Positions 8,969 to 18,810 of a DNA stretch of 64,000 nucleotides are shown piece after piece. The translations under genes and the position numbers were made by a program. The stretch's first letter is position 1. Every line of letters starts with the position of its first letter. Source of the DNA: an uncultured cyanobacterium (GTDB taxonomy: Bacteria; Cyanobacteriota; Cyanobacteriia; PCC-6307; Cyanobiaceae); assembly GCA_963697335.1 (NCBI GenBank), contig CAVONQ010000014.1:64001-128000 (forward strand), given 5' to 3'. The notes beneath the pieces are model-generated. The model was not told the origin of the DNA, ran no database searches, and saw only the letters and a program-made list of their open reading frames with translations.

Positions 8969-10581
8969 TGGCGGCCGCGACCCAGCTGCGTTGCTGCGGG
9001 GCCAGCGGCTGCCGCGCCGCGGGCAGCGAGGCCCTGCGGCAGGCCCTTGAGCAGGCGGCCCCGCCTGGGGTCGACGTCAAGAGCGTGGGCTGCCTGCGCC
9101 TGTGCGGCCGCGGCCCCCTGGTGGCCGTCGATCGGCCGGGGCAGTGCTCTGGCGCTGATGCTGGCGCTGGCTCTCCCGGCGACTCCCTGCTGTTCGGGGA
9201 GCTCCAGCCCGGCGAAGCTGGCGCGCTGGTGGAGGTGGCCCTGGGCCAGGGCCAGGGCCAAGGCGTTCTGGCGGATCGGCAGCTCGATCTGAGCCAGCCC
9301 TTCTTTGCCCTGCAGTGCCCGGTGGTGCTGGAGAACTGCGGGCTGATCGATCCCACCAGCCTGGACGACGCCCTGGCCCATGGGGCCTACGGCCAGCTGC
9401 GGCGGGTGCTGCAGGAGTGCAGCCCCGAGCAGGTGCGCGAGCAGGTGAAGCACAGCGGCCTGCGGGGGAGGGGCGGCGCCGGCTATCCCACGGGCCTGAA
9501 GTGGGACACGGTGGCCCTGCAGCCGCCCGCCCCCCGCATCGTGGTGTGCAACGCCGATGAGGGTGACCCCGGCGCCTTCATGGATCGCAGCGTGCTGGAG
9601 GGCGACCCGCACCGGCTGATCGAGGGCCTGGCGATCGCCGCCTACGCCGTGGGCGCCGAGCAGGCCTATGTGTATGTGCGGGCCGAGTATCCGCTGGCGA
9701 TCGAACGGCTGCGGCTGGCCTTGGAGCAGGCCCGCAGCCGCGGGCTGCTGGGGGCCCCGATCGACGGCAGTGGCTTCCAGCTGCAGCTGGAGCTGCGGGT
9801 GGGGGCCGGCGCCTATGTGTGCGGCGAGGAAACGGCGCTGCTGGCCTCTATCCAGGGGGAGCGCGGCACGCCTCGGCCACGGCCGCCCTTCCCCGCCGAG
9901 GTGGGCCTCTGGGGCGCCCCCACCCTGATCAACAACGTGGAGACCCTGGCCGCGATCCCGGCGATCCTGCGCCAGGGCGGCGCCTGGTATGCGGCCATCG
10001 GCACCGAGGGCAGCAAGGGCACCAAGGTGTTCGCGCTCTCGGGGGCGGTGGCGAACCCGGGCCTGGTGGAGGTGCCGATGGGCACCAGCCTGCGCACGTT
10101 GGCCCAGACCATCGGCGGCGGTGTGCCCGGCGGAGAGGGTGCCCACGCCGGCGTCAAGGCGGTGCAGACCGGCGGTCCCTCGGGCGGCTGCATTCCGGCC
10201 CGCCTGCTCGACACCCCGGTGGACTACGAGCGCCTGCGGGAGCTGGGTTCGATGATGGGCTCCGGCGGGCTGGTGGTGATGGGCGAGAGCACCTCGATGC
10301 CGGCGCTGGCCCGCTACTTCATGGGCTTCAACGTCAACGAGAGCTGCGGCAAATGCCTGCCCTGCCGGGCCGGCACCGTGCAGCTGGCCCAGCTGCTGGA
10401 TCGCTTCGTGGGGCGGCGGGCGACGCTGGCCGACCTCGAGCACCTGGAGGAGCTGTGTCGCATGGTGGGCGCCACCAGCCTCTGCGGCCTGGGCCAGGCG
10501 GCGCCCAACCCGGTGCTGAGCACCCTGCGCTACTACCGGCAGGAGTACCTGGAAGCCTGTCAGCCGGAGCTGAGCCCATGA
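8968..10581 (+). CDS. hoxF: Diaphorase subunit HoxF (NuoF-like)
   Basis: SGLRGRGGAGYPTG, CNADEGDPGAFMDR, GAGAYVCGEET, ESCGKCLPCR, SLCGLG. Confidence 0.96.
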   Translation: MAAATQLRCCGASGCRAAGSEALRQALEQAAPPGVDVKSVGCLRLCGRGPLVAVDRPGQCSGADAGAGSPGDSLLFGELQPGEAGALVEVALGQGQGQGVLADRQLDLSQPFFALQCPVVLENCGLIDPTSLDDALAHGAYGQLRRVLQECSPEQVREQVKHSGLRGRGGAGYPTGLKWDTVALQPPAPRIVVCNADEGDPGAFMDRSVLEGDPHRLIEGLAIAAYAVGAEQAYVYVRAEYPLAIERLRLALEQARSRGLLGAPIDGSGFQLQLELRVGAGAYVCGEETALLASIQGERGTPRPRPPFPAEVGLWGAPTLINNVETLAAIPAILRQGGAWYAAIGTEGSKGTKVFALSGAVANPGLVEVPMGTSLRTLAQTIGGGVPGGEGAHAGVKAVQTGGPSGGCIPARLLDTPVDYERLRELGSMMGSGGLVVMGESTSMPALARYFMGFNVNESCGKCLPCRAGTVQLAQLLDRFVGRRATLADLEHLEELCRMVGATSLCGLGQAAPNPVLSTLRYYRQEYLEACQPELSP

Positions 10582-11309
10582 GCGTGCTCACCCTCACGGT
10601 GGATGGGCTGGAGGTGGCGGTGCCCGATGGCGCCTCGCTGCTGGATGCGGTGCGGGCCGCCGGCGCCGAGCTGCCCACGCTCTGCCACCTGGAGGGGCTC
10701 ACCCCGGTGGGGGCCTGCCGGCTCTGCCTGGTGGAGTTGGAGGAGACCGGCAGGCTGCTGCCCGCCTGCGCCACCGCCGCCGCCGAGGGCATGACGGTGC
10801 ACACCGACACGGCCCAGGTGCGCGACTACCGGCGCATGGCGGTGGAGCTGTTTTTCGCTGAGGGCAACCACGTGTGCGCCTTCTGTGTGGCCAGCGGCAG
10901 CTGCGAGCTCCAGGCCCTGGCGGTGGCGGTGGGCATGGACCACTCCCGCTTTCCCTACCAGTACCCCCAGCGCCGGGTGGATGCCTCCCACCCCCGCTTC
11001 GTGATCGACCACCACCGCTGCATCCTCTGCACCCGCTGCGTGCGCGTGTGCGATGAGGTGGAGGGGGCCCATGTGTGGGACGTGGCCCGCCGCGGTGCCC
11101 AGTGCTCGATCATCGCCGGTCTCGATCAGCCCTGGGGCGAGGTGGAGGCCTGCACCTCCTGCGGCAAGTGTGTGGACGTGTGCCCCACCGGCGCCATCTT
11201 CCACAAGGACGACACCACTACCGAGAAGCAGGTGCACCCGCCCCGGCCCCAGCTGCTGCGCCGCGCCCGGGAACAGAAGCAACAGAAGCAGCCGAACCCG
11301 TGGCCGTGA
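10578..11309 (+). CDS. hoxU: Diaphorase subunit HoxU
   Basis: ATG 10578 [56 protein letters not shown]. Confidence 0.95.
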   Translation: MSVLTLTVDGLEVAVPDGASLLDAVRAAGAELPTLCHLEGLTPVGACRLCLVELEETGRLLPACATAAAEGMTVHTDTAQVRDYRRMAVELFFAEGNHVCAFCVASGSCELQALAVAVGMDHSRFPYQYPQRRVDASHPRFVIDHHRCILCTRCVRVCDEVEGAHVWDVARRGAQCSIIAGLDQPWGEVEACTSCGKCVDVCPTGAIFHKDDTTTEKQVHPPRPQLLRRAREQKQQKQPNPWP

Positions 11310-11316
11310 GCCCGCC

Positions 11317-11892
11317 ATGACCATCCCGTCCCCGAAACTGCGCTTCGCCACGGTGTGGCTGGCCGGCTGCAGCGGCTGCCACATGTCGTTCCTCGATCTC
11401 GACGAATGGCTGTTCGAACTGGCGGCCCACGTGGATGTGGTGTATTCACCGGTGGCCAGCGACGCCAAGACCTATCCCGACAACGTGGATGTGTGCCTGG
11501 TGGAGGGGGCGGTGGCCAATGCCGACAACCTTGAGCTGGCCCTGCAGCTGCGTCAGCGCACCAGGCTGGTGATCTCCTTCGGCGACTGCGCCGTGACCGG
11601 CAATGTGCCGGCCCTGCGCAACCTCTGGAGCGACGTGGACGGCGGCAGCCGCCAGAGCGTGCTGGATCGCGGCTACCTGGAGCTGGCCGACACGGGCGGC
11701 CAGCACCCCCATGCCCCCGGCATCGTGCCGGAGCTGCTGGAGCGGGTGCTGCCCCTGCATGAGGTGATCCCGGTGGACCTCTATCTGCCGGGCTGCCCGC
11801 CGTCGGCGCAGCGCATCCGCGCCGCCATCGAACCGCTGCTGCGGGGCGAGATGCCGCTGATGGAAGGCAAGGCGATGCTGCAGTTCGGCTGA
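11317..11892 (+). CDS. hoxY: Hydrogenase small subunit HoxY
   Basis: [29 protein letters not shown]. Confidence 0.95.
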   Translation: MTIPSPKLRFATVWLAGCSGCHMSFLDLDEWLFELAAHVDVVYSPVASDAKTYPDNVDVCLVEGAVANADNLELALQLRQRTRLVISFGDCAVTGNVPALRNLWSDVDGGSRQSVLDRGYLELADTGGQHPHAPGIVPELLERVLPLHEVIPVDLYLPGCPPSAQRIRAAIEPLLRGEMPLMEGKAMLQFG

Positions 11893-11899
11893 GGCCCCC

Positions 11900-13360
11900 A
11901 TGACCCGCACGATCACGATCGATCCCGTGACCCGCATCGAAGGGCACGCCAAGATCACCCTCCACCTCGATGGGGCCGGGCGCCTGGCCGATGCCCGCTT
12001 CCACGTGGTGGAGTATCGCGGCTTCGAAACCTTCTGCGAGGGCAGGCCATTCACCGATATGGCCGGGATCACGGCCCGCATCTGCGGCATCTGCCCGGTG
12101 AGCCACCTGCTGGCGGCGGCGAAAACCGGCGACAAGCTGCTGGCAGTGCAGCCGCCGCCGGCGGCGCGCCAGTTGCGGCGGCTGCTCAACCTGGCCCAGA
12201 TCTGCCAGAGCCATGCGCTCTCGTTCTTTCACCTGAGCAGCCCTGATTTCCTGCTGGGCTGGGAGAGCGATCCGGCGCGGCGCAATGTGTTCGGCCTGAT
12301 GGCCGCCGATCCCGATCTGGCCCGCGCCGGCATCCGGTTGCGACAGTTCGGCCAGCAGGTGCTGGAGCTGCTGGGGGGCCGCAAGATCCATTCGGCCTGG
12401 GCCGTTCCCGGCGGCGTGCGCACGCCCCTGAGCGCTGAGGCAAGGCAGTGGATCCTGGAGCGCCTGCCGGAGGCGAAGGCCACGGTGGCCATGGCCCTGG
12501 AGCTCTACAAATCCCTGCTGGATGGTCCGCTGCAGCGGGAGCAGAGCAGCTTCGGCGATTTCCCCTCGCTGTTCATGGGGCTGGTGGGGCCTGGCGGGCG
12601 CTGGGAGTGCATCGACGGCCTGATCCGCTTCACCGGCAGTGACGGCCGGATCGTGGCCGATGGCCTCAGCGAAGACGACTACGCCAGCTACCTGGGCGAG
12701 GCGGTGGAGAGCTGGAGCTACCTGAAATTTCCCTATTACAAGCCGCTGGGCTATCCCGAGGGGATCTACCGGGTGGGGCCACTGGCGCGGCTGAATGTGT
12801 GCGACTCGATCGGCACCCCCTGGGCCGACGCCGAACTGGCCGAGTTTCGCCAGCGCAGCGGCACTGAGGAGAGCGGCAGCCGCATCGTGACCTCCTCGTT
12901 TGCCTATCACCACGCCCGGCTGGTGGAGATCGTGGCCTGCCTGGAGGGGATCGAGCAGCTGGTGGCCGACGACAGCCTGATGGGCGGCCGCATCCGTGCT
13001 CGCGCCGACCTCAACGCCAACGAGGCGGTGGGCGTGAGCGAGGCACCGCGCGGCACCCTGTTTCACCACTACCGGGTGGATGACAACGGCCTGATCACCC
13101 GGGTGAACCTGATCATCGCCACGGGCCAGAACAACCTGGCCATGAACCGCACCGTGGCCCAGATTGCCCGGGAGTACTTCCCCGAACGGGTCGCCGACGG
13201 CGCCGAGATCCCCGAGCCGCTGCTCAACCGGGTGGAGGCGGGCATCCGCTGCTTCGATCCCTGCCTCTCCTGCAGCACCCATGCGGCGGGGCAGATGCCA
13301 CTGCACATTGAGTTGCGGGATGCGGGAGGTGAGTTAGTCGCGGAGCGGTTGAGGGATTGA
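11900..13360 (+). CDS. hoxH: Hydrogenase large subunit HoxH
   Basis: [27 protein letters not shown] plus a C-terminal cleavable extension. Confidence 0.97.
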   Translation: MTRTITIDPVTRIEGHAKITLHLDGAGRLADARFHVVEYRGFETFCEGRPFTDMAGITARICGICPVSHLLAAAKTGDKLLAVQPPPAARQLRRLLNLAQICQSHALSFFHLSSPDFLLGWESDPARRNVFGLMAADPDLARAGIRLRQFGQQVLELLGGRKIHSAWAVPGGVRTPLSAEARQWILERLPEAKATVAMALELYKSLLDGPLQREQSSFGDFPSLFMGLVGPGGRWECIDGLIRFTGSDGRIVADGLSEDDYASYLGEAVESWSYLKFPYYKPLGYPEGIYRVGPLARLNVCDSIGTPWADAELAEFRQRSGTEESGSRIVTSSFAYHHARLVEIVACLEGIEQLVADDSLMGGRIRARADLNANEAVGVSEAPRGTLFHHYRVDDNGLITRVNLIIATGQNNLAMNRTVAQIAREYFPERVADGAEIPEPLLNRVEAGIRCFDPCLSCSTHAAGQMPLHIELRDAGGELVAERLRD

Positions 13361-13466
13361 GGGGTGGGCACCAGGGGTCAAGCCCCACGGCTGAGGAACC
13401 TCCCTCAAAGAGTCCACGCTCTTGCCTGGGATGGCAGCGGTACTTGGCTGTGTAGTCGCGTGAACG

Positions 13467-13630
13467 GTCTTATGCGGACCCGCATAAGACGCAAGGGCCT
13501 CGAAGTGGCCACCCAGAAGCCGCTGCGATCAAAGGGCTCTTGTAGTGTGGCCCTGAGATGGGGGCGCTCTTATGCGGCTGCAGGTAGATGGGGTCAGATT
13601 TTATACGGGTCCGCCCAATCAGCGTTAGCC
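13467..13630 (+). mobile_element. attI-like integron recombination region
   Basis: Ends in the core GTTAGCC (13624-13630) whose complement closes cassette 1. It has no attC hairpin. It contains a palindrome at 13467-13490 and TTATRCGG repeats. Confidence 0.6.
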
Positions 13631-13676
13631 AAATGAACAGCTCCCTGCTCTTAGTGCATTTCTAGAGGATGGACTT

Positions 13677-14372
13677 ATGTTTCCAGCTTATTCACTGAAT
13701 GAAGTCTTGCGCGAGATTGCCACAGCCTTTAGATCTCGCTACCAAAAAGAAGACGGTCAAAGAGTTCGCATGGTCGGGCTGCTATTTGCCCCACCTGGCG
13801 CGGCAATTAGTAAAGCCGAGATACTGCCTCGCCTTGATGACTTTCATCATCGTTCAGGGAACAACATCGATTTCTTCTGTGCAGGTTATGGCGCTTATTG
13901 GCCAGAGAGCTGGGTTTCCGATGCACAGCCAGTAACAACTACTACTGACCCCAGACTTGGCCTAAAGACAGATTGGCTTTACAGTTCAAAATACTTTCAC
14001 GACTTTCGCAAGGAGATAGAATCTACGGCGAAAAGCTGGAAATATAGTGGCGAGGTTGATCTTGTCTTGTTAAACGCCTATCCAGATACCGATGATCTGG
14101 CCAGACTCGATTTCACAGGTGCTGTTGTACTACGTATTGACCAGCTAAGAAACGATAAATTGATCGAGTCTGCACCTAAATTGCTCGAAAAGATCTTTCG
14201 TTATGCCGAAGTGCAAAGAGGGGATGATCCGACATGGGGTTTTAGTGATGAGATGGGATTTAAGGAGGGCCGTTCCTGGTTTGTAGAACTAGTTCTGTCT
14301 CGGCTCCCTCTGAAAACAGGAGAATTATGGAAGAGAGGGAGTCACTATGCCGTTTTAAATCTTACCCAGTAA
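13677..14372 (+). CDS. Hypothetical protein (cassette 1)
   Basis: 231-aa low-GC ORF with GAGGA upstream. No family recognised. Confidence 0.8.
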   Translation: MFPAYSLNEVLREIATAFRSRYQKEDGQRVRMVGLLFAPPGAAISKAEILPRLDDFHHRSGNNIDFFCAGYGAYWPESWVSDAQPVTTTTDPRLGLKTDWLYSSKYFHDFRKEIESTAKSWKYSGEVDLVLLNAYPDTDDLARLDFTGAVVLRIDQLRNDKLIESAPKLLEKIFRYAEVQRGDDPTWGFSDEMGFKEGRSWFVELVLSRLPLKTGELWKRGSHYAVLNLTQ

Positions 14373-14437
14373 AATGCTCGCATGGGAGAACTCGTCTATT
14401 CTATTGCTCACCACTATTGCAGCCAATTCCGCATTCT

Positions 14438-14527
14438 GGCTAACATCACCATTCACCAAAGCCACCGCCGAGAGGATTCTGGTTATCTCAGAAACTCCCT
14501 CCGGACTGGTGATGATGGGCGTTAGCC
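14438..14527 (+). mobile_element. attC site 1
   Basis: GGCTAAC-ATCAC-CATTCACCA ... TGGTGATG-ATGGGC-GTTAGCC, with one extra base in the left L box. Confidence 0.8.
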
Positions 14528-14559
14528 TATGCGCAATTAAGACATGTTAATTCAAACGG

Positions 14560-15339
14560 ATGGCCAAGAGAAAACCACATTCGCTTGAATCACTTTCTGA
14601 TCGGGGCAGGCGACTGCTGCACGATTCGCATGATCCCACCGGAACACACAGTGAGTTTGAGAGCTGGGACCACGATGTTGCCAAATGGCTGGACACGGAA
14701 TTTCCTGACAGAGGGTTCTCCGCTCAATGGTCATCCATCTCCACGTCGCCGCTCGTTTTGGGAGGTTACTACAACGATGACCCAGGGTCATGGGCTGCCT
14801 TTCGAACTGCTGTGCAACGCCGCCTAAAATTTCTCAGCGAGGTAATACAAACGAAGTCGCATCGACCACCGACACGCACTAGTGCTACAGACACTAGACG
14901 GGTATTCTTGGTACACGGTCATGATGAGGCGGCTCGTGAAAAGGTCGCTCGATTTCTCGAAAAACTGGGGTTTACACCCATCATTCTCCACGAGCAACCA
15001 AACATGGGGCGGACGATTATCGAGAAATTCGCCGACTATTCCGATGTTGCTTATGCCGTCGTATTGCTAACGGCTGATGATATTGGCGGCACGAAAGACA
15101 CAAACGCAAATCAACTTGCAGCAAGAGCAAGGCCCAATGTGCTTTTTGAACTTGGCTACTTCATTGGCAAACTGGGTCGTGATCGCGTCTGCGCCCTCCA
15201 TGAAACAGGTGTCGAGATCTTGTCAGATTACAGTGGCGTGCTTTACGTGACATTGGATGTGACGAATGCTTGGCGCCTACATCTGGCAAGAGAAATGAAA
15301 GCCGCGGGGCTTCCCGTAGACATGAACAAAGCGATTTGA
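14560..15339 (+). CDS. TIR-like domain protein (CAP12/Pycsar-effector-type TIR, PF10137-like) with unknown N-terminal domain (cassette 2)
   Basis: RVFLVHGHD...PIILHEQPNMGRTIIEKF...AVVLLTADD...ARPNVLFELGYFIGKLGRDRV...SDYSGVLY. Confidence 0.88.
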   Translation: MAKRKPHSLESLSDRGRRLLHDSHDPTGTHSEFESWDHDVAKWLDTEFPDRGFSAQWSSISTSPLVLGGYYNDDPGSWAAFRTAVQRRLKFLSEVIQTKSHRPPTRTSATDTRRVFLVHGHDEAAREKVARFLEKLGFTPIILHEQPNMGRTIIEKFADYSDVAYAVVLLTADDIGGTKDTNANQLAARARPNVLFELGYFIGKLGRDRVCALHETGVEILSDYSGVLYVTLDVTNAWRLHLAREMKAAGLPVDMNKAI

Positions 15340-15422
15340 TTACCGGCTAACAATGAAGTCATGTTCAACTGCATGCCAGTGAGGAAATGAGGGAATTTAT
15401 GAACCTAAGTCGTTCCTGGCTA

Positions 15423-15515
15423 GGCTAACAAGCCCCTCGAGTGGACAGGCCGCCACTAAACTCTCTGCTAAGCCACCCCAAGTTCCTTGCCTGCCACTCA
15501 GGGGCAGCGTTCGAA
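15423..15515 (+). mobile_element. attC site 2
   Basis: GGCTAAC-AAG-CCCCTCGAGTGGACAGGC ... GCCTGCCACTCAGGGG-CAGC-GTTCGAA. The arms pair except for two unpaired bases (C, A). Confidence 0.88.
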
Positions 15516-15801
15516 GGGTCAAGCCATTTCCTGAAGGATGTTGGAAGAAGATCTTTGGTGGCCTGAGAAGCGGTCTGCCATGGTAGAGAGTATAGCCCGT
15601 CTTGAAAAGCAGTTCGCAAAGTTGTTAGGAGGACTTTGTTATCTCAGGAGAATGTCAAGATTCTAATCTAGGTATGAGCTCCTTCGCGACGGAAATCCAG
15701 CAGATGCTTGGTCTGCAGGCAAGAGCTCTGCTCCACTCGCTGAAGACATCGTTAAATTTCCTCTCTGTTCACTGCATGGCGCTGCGATGGGGGCATAACA
15801 G

Positions 15802-17841
15802 ATGAAACGCCTCGTTTACATGACAAGCCCCCGCAAGAGCAGATCCGCTGCAGCATCAGCATCAAGGCAGCGCGTTTCGGCAGCGCCCACGATGGAATCC
15901 GGCGGCGTGGAGCGGCGCCTCACCGCACGACCCGACAGCGTTGACTTCCGGGATCTGATGTACGTGCCAACGTTGGTGGAAGTTCCACCAGAAAAACCGA
16001 TCGCCGACTATCGAGCGCTCGGCATTCCGGTGCTTGATCAGGGCAGTGAAGGCGCCTGCACGGGCTTCGGGCTTGCAACTCTGGCCAACTACCTGCTGGC
16101 CACCCGAAAAAGCCAGCCTGATTCGGAATCGGTAAGTCCGCATATGGCCTATAGCCTCGCCCGCCGTTACGACGAATGGGCCGGAGAGGACTATGACGGC
16201 TCCAGTTGCCGCGGTGCCATGAAAGGGTGGCACAAGCACGGAATCTGCACCAAAAAGCTCTGGACGAAATCGAGTCCGGCTAACAAGGGCCTCACACAGA
16301 GCGTGAGTGCTGATGCAGCCAAACGACCGCTTGGTTCCTACTTCCGGGTCAACCACACCGATTTCGTCGCCATGCACGCGGCGATCACGGAGGTGGGTGT
16401 GCTCTACGCAAGCGCCCGAGTTCATGAGGGATGGCAAAAAGTGGACAGCGATGGCCGCATCCATCCAAGCGACATCCCGCTCGGTGGTCACGCCTTCGCG
16501 ATCGTTGCCTATGACGCCGATGGCTTCTGGATCCAGAATTCCTGGGGGCCGACATGGGGGAATGAAGGGTTCTGCCATCTCGGCTATGCCGACTGGCTAG
16601 CGAATGGCAGTGATGCCTGGGTGGCCCGCCTGGGAGCGCCGGTGTCCATGCGATCCCCCGAGGGCACGGCTACGGGCCCGGTGGGCGCTGTTCGATCGAA
16701 CGCTTTCCAATACAACCAGATTCGCCCCCATGTGATCAGTTTGCGGAATGATGGTCAGCTCGATCCGCACGGCAACATCGCGACCACAACCGACCTGCTG
16801 GGGGAGATCATCAATCAGGATTTCATTCGCATCAGCGAGGGATGGAAGCGGCGACGGTTGGTGCTGTATGCCCACGGTGGGCTGGTTCCCGAAAATGCGG
16901 CGCTCCAGCGGACATCCGAATTCCTTGAGGAGATGCTACCCAAGGAATGCTATCCGCTGGCATTCATCTGGAAGAGCGATTATTGGAGCACCCTGCGCAA
17001 CATTCTCGAGGAAGCCACTCGCCATCGCCGCAATGAGGGTTGGATCGATGCGACCAAAGACTTCATGCTCGATCGCCTTGATGACGCGCTGGAACCCGTA
17101 GCACGTCATCTCACCGGTAAAGCGCAGTGGGACGAGATGAAAGAGAACGCTCAGCGCGCCACCACCTCGGCCCGCGGTGGCGCACGCCTGCTCGCCGCCG
17201 AGTTGGCGAAGCTGATGGCGAAGGAGCCCTCCATAGACCTCCATCTGGTGGCCCACAGTGCCGGCAGCATCCTCCATGCCCATCTGCTGCGTCACCTCAC
17301 GGAAGACCTTGGAATTACCGTGGCGTCCTGCACACTCTGGGCACCAGCCTGCACCACTGAGCTCTTCGAAGCCACGTATCTCCCTGCCCTCAAGAGTGGA
17401 CTTCTGCAATCTCTCCATCTCTACACTCTCAGCGACGTGGCCGAACAGAATGATCACTGCGCCCGCATCTACAACAAGTCCTTGCTCTATCTGGTGTCGC
17501 ATGCCTTTGAGGAACATGTGCGGATACCCCTGGTCGGTCCCCATGGAGAACCACTGCTTGGCATGGAGAGGTGGATCAAAGCAAACCCTGATCTGGCCAG
17601 ACTCTTCAGCGGGAGTTACCCCGGCGTGAGCTGGACCCGCTCACCGAACGACGCTCCGTCCGATTCACCATTGGCGGCGCGTGCCACCAGCCATGGAGAC
17701 TTCGACAGCCGCCGCTTCCATGTCGTGACATCCACTATCGCCCGCATCCGGGATGATGCCGTCACCTCGATGGAGGTAAGCCGGCTCCAGCGCACAGCGG
17801 CATCTCGTTCGGCACGCCGTGGAATCCTGAATGATCTCTGA
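15802..17841 (+). CDS. C1 (papain-family) cysteine peptidase fused to an alpha/beta-hydrolase domain (cassette 3)
   Basis: DQGSEGACTGF (Q/C), GGHAFAIVAY (H), IQNSWG (N). The C-terminal part has LVLYAHGGL and the HLVAHSAGS nucleophile elbow. Start may be Met7. Confidence 0.85.
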   Translation: MKRLVYMTSPRKSRSAAASASRQRVSAAPTMESGGVERRLTARPDSVDFRDLMYVPTLVEVPPEKPIADYRALGIPVLDQGSEGACTGFGLATLANYLLATRKSQPDSESVSPHMAYSLARRYDEWAGEDYDGSSCRGAMKGWHKHGICTKKLWTKSSPANKGLTQSVSADAAKRPLGSYFRVNHTDFVAMHAAITEVGVLYASARVHEGWQKVDSDGRIHPSDIPLGGHAFAIVAYDADGFWIQNSWGPTWGNEGFCHLGYADWLANGSDAWVARLGAPVSMRSPEGTATGPVGAVRSNAFQYNQIRPHVISLRNDGQLDPHGNIATTTDLLGEIINQDFIRISEGWKRRRLVLYAHGGLVPENAALQRTSEFLEEMLPKECYPLAFIWKSDYWSTLRNILEEATRHRRNEGWIDATKDFMLDRLDDALEPVARHLTGKAQWDEMKENAQRATTSARGGARLLAAELAKLMAKEPSIDLHLVAHSAGSILHAHLLRHLTEDLGITVASCTLWAPACTTELFEATYLPALKSGLLQSLHLYTLSDVAEQNDHCARIYNKSLLYLVSHAFEEHVRIPLVGPHGEPLLGMERWIKANPDLARLFSGSYPGVSWTRSPNDAPSDSPLAARATSHGDFDSRRFHVVTSTIARIRDDAVTSMEVSRLQRTAASRSARRGILNDL

Positions 17842-18342
17842 AAGAAGCTCTCTGACCCTGAACTTCTCTGTTGGGTGATCTTCGGGCGAAGAGTAAGATC
17901 AGGTTTGAACGACTTGTCGGCGGCAGCCCTGATGATGTCAGGGCCGTTGGATCTGGCGCCCCTGAGTTAAGCATCAATGATGGTGCCAGCTCCAGGGTTA
18001 ATTGCCAGCAGAAGGGCCCGACATTCATAATCCTGTTGACCGGTGGCGAATAGCCTTCACAGAGCATCGTTATTGAAGAAGCAGATGGAGGTGCGGCCTT
18101 AACGCAGATGCACTGGGAGAAATCGCACGTGCACAAGGAATGACACTGACCGAGCTCCAGACTGGCCATGCGCGCAAAAGCCTCGAAATGACGTTTTAAG
18201 GTGCTGGCAGCCAAGGCATTGAGGAGGCCCCAAAGGTCATCCGTTCTCTGGCGTGAAGTTGGGCTGAAGTGTGCTCAAGGATTTTCCCCTGAGTTGCAGC
18301 ATCACGGCAAGAGTACAAGATGGTGGCAACATTACCGCGCCC

Positions 18343-18433
18343 TTCGAACACACTCTTAGATTGGACAGGCCACCCTCAGATCCCTACTACGCCCCCAAGG
18401 CTCCCTGCCTCCCACTCAAGGGGAGCGTTCGAA
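18343..18433 (+). mobile_element. attC site 3 (degenerate member of the attC2/4 family)
   Basis: TTCGAAC-ACACTCTTAGATTGGACAGGC ... GCCTCCCACTCAAGGGGAGC-GTTCGAA. Confidence 0.8.
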
Positions 18434-18470
18434 GGATGTGTCGTGCTTGAGGGGAGCCAGCAAGGCAGCG

Positions 18471-18499
18471 TTGCGCGGTCGTAGCCAGGAGGCTACAGT
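18471..18499 (+). promoter_or_regulatory. TA promoter with palindromic operator
   Basis: TTGCGC-N17-TACAGT. The palindrome GTAGCC-AGGA-GGCTAC (18481-18496) overlaps the spacer and -10. Confidence 0.65.
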
Positions 18500-18505
18500 T
18501 GGTGG

Positions 18506-18810
18506 ACGGTTGAAGTCCGCCAGGCAGAGCGGTTCGTCCGATGGCTTTCAGGTCTACGTGATCTGAGGGGCCGAGCGAAGGTTCTGGCCAGGATCGAGCG
18601 CCTCATCGGTGGTAATCCTGGTGACGTCAAGCCCGTTGGGGCAGGCGTGTCGGAGTTGCGGATCAACTACGGCCCTGGATATAGGGTCTACTACCTGCAG
18701 AAGGGAACTGAGTTGATCATTCTTTTGCTGGCGGAGACAAGAACTCACAAGCCAAGGACATTGATGAGGCCCTTCTGTTGGCAGACAACCTGACGGAGGA
18801 GACCTTATGA
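18506..18810 (+). pseudogene. RelE/HigB-like (HI1419-type) addiction toxin with lost start codon and frameshift
   Basis: (ACG)VEVRQAERFVRWLSGLRDLRGRAKVLARIERLIGGNPGDVKPVGAGVSELRINYGPGYRVYY...LIILL. The conserved AGGDKNSQAKDIDEA tail continues in another frame after ~18725 and ends overlapping the antitoxin ATG. Confidence 0.8.

Noticed and set aside
13361..13395. GGTGGGCACCAGGGGTCAAGCCCC as a remnant of the IntI C-terminus (GGxGVxSP)
   Set aside because: The resemblance is short and imperfect in GC-rich DNA and cannot be supported without alignment.
15345..15351. Extra GGCTAAC right after the TIR stop codon
   Set aside because: No pairing arms or matching GTT core follow it. It is at most an eroded attC.
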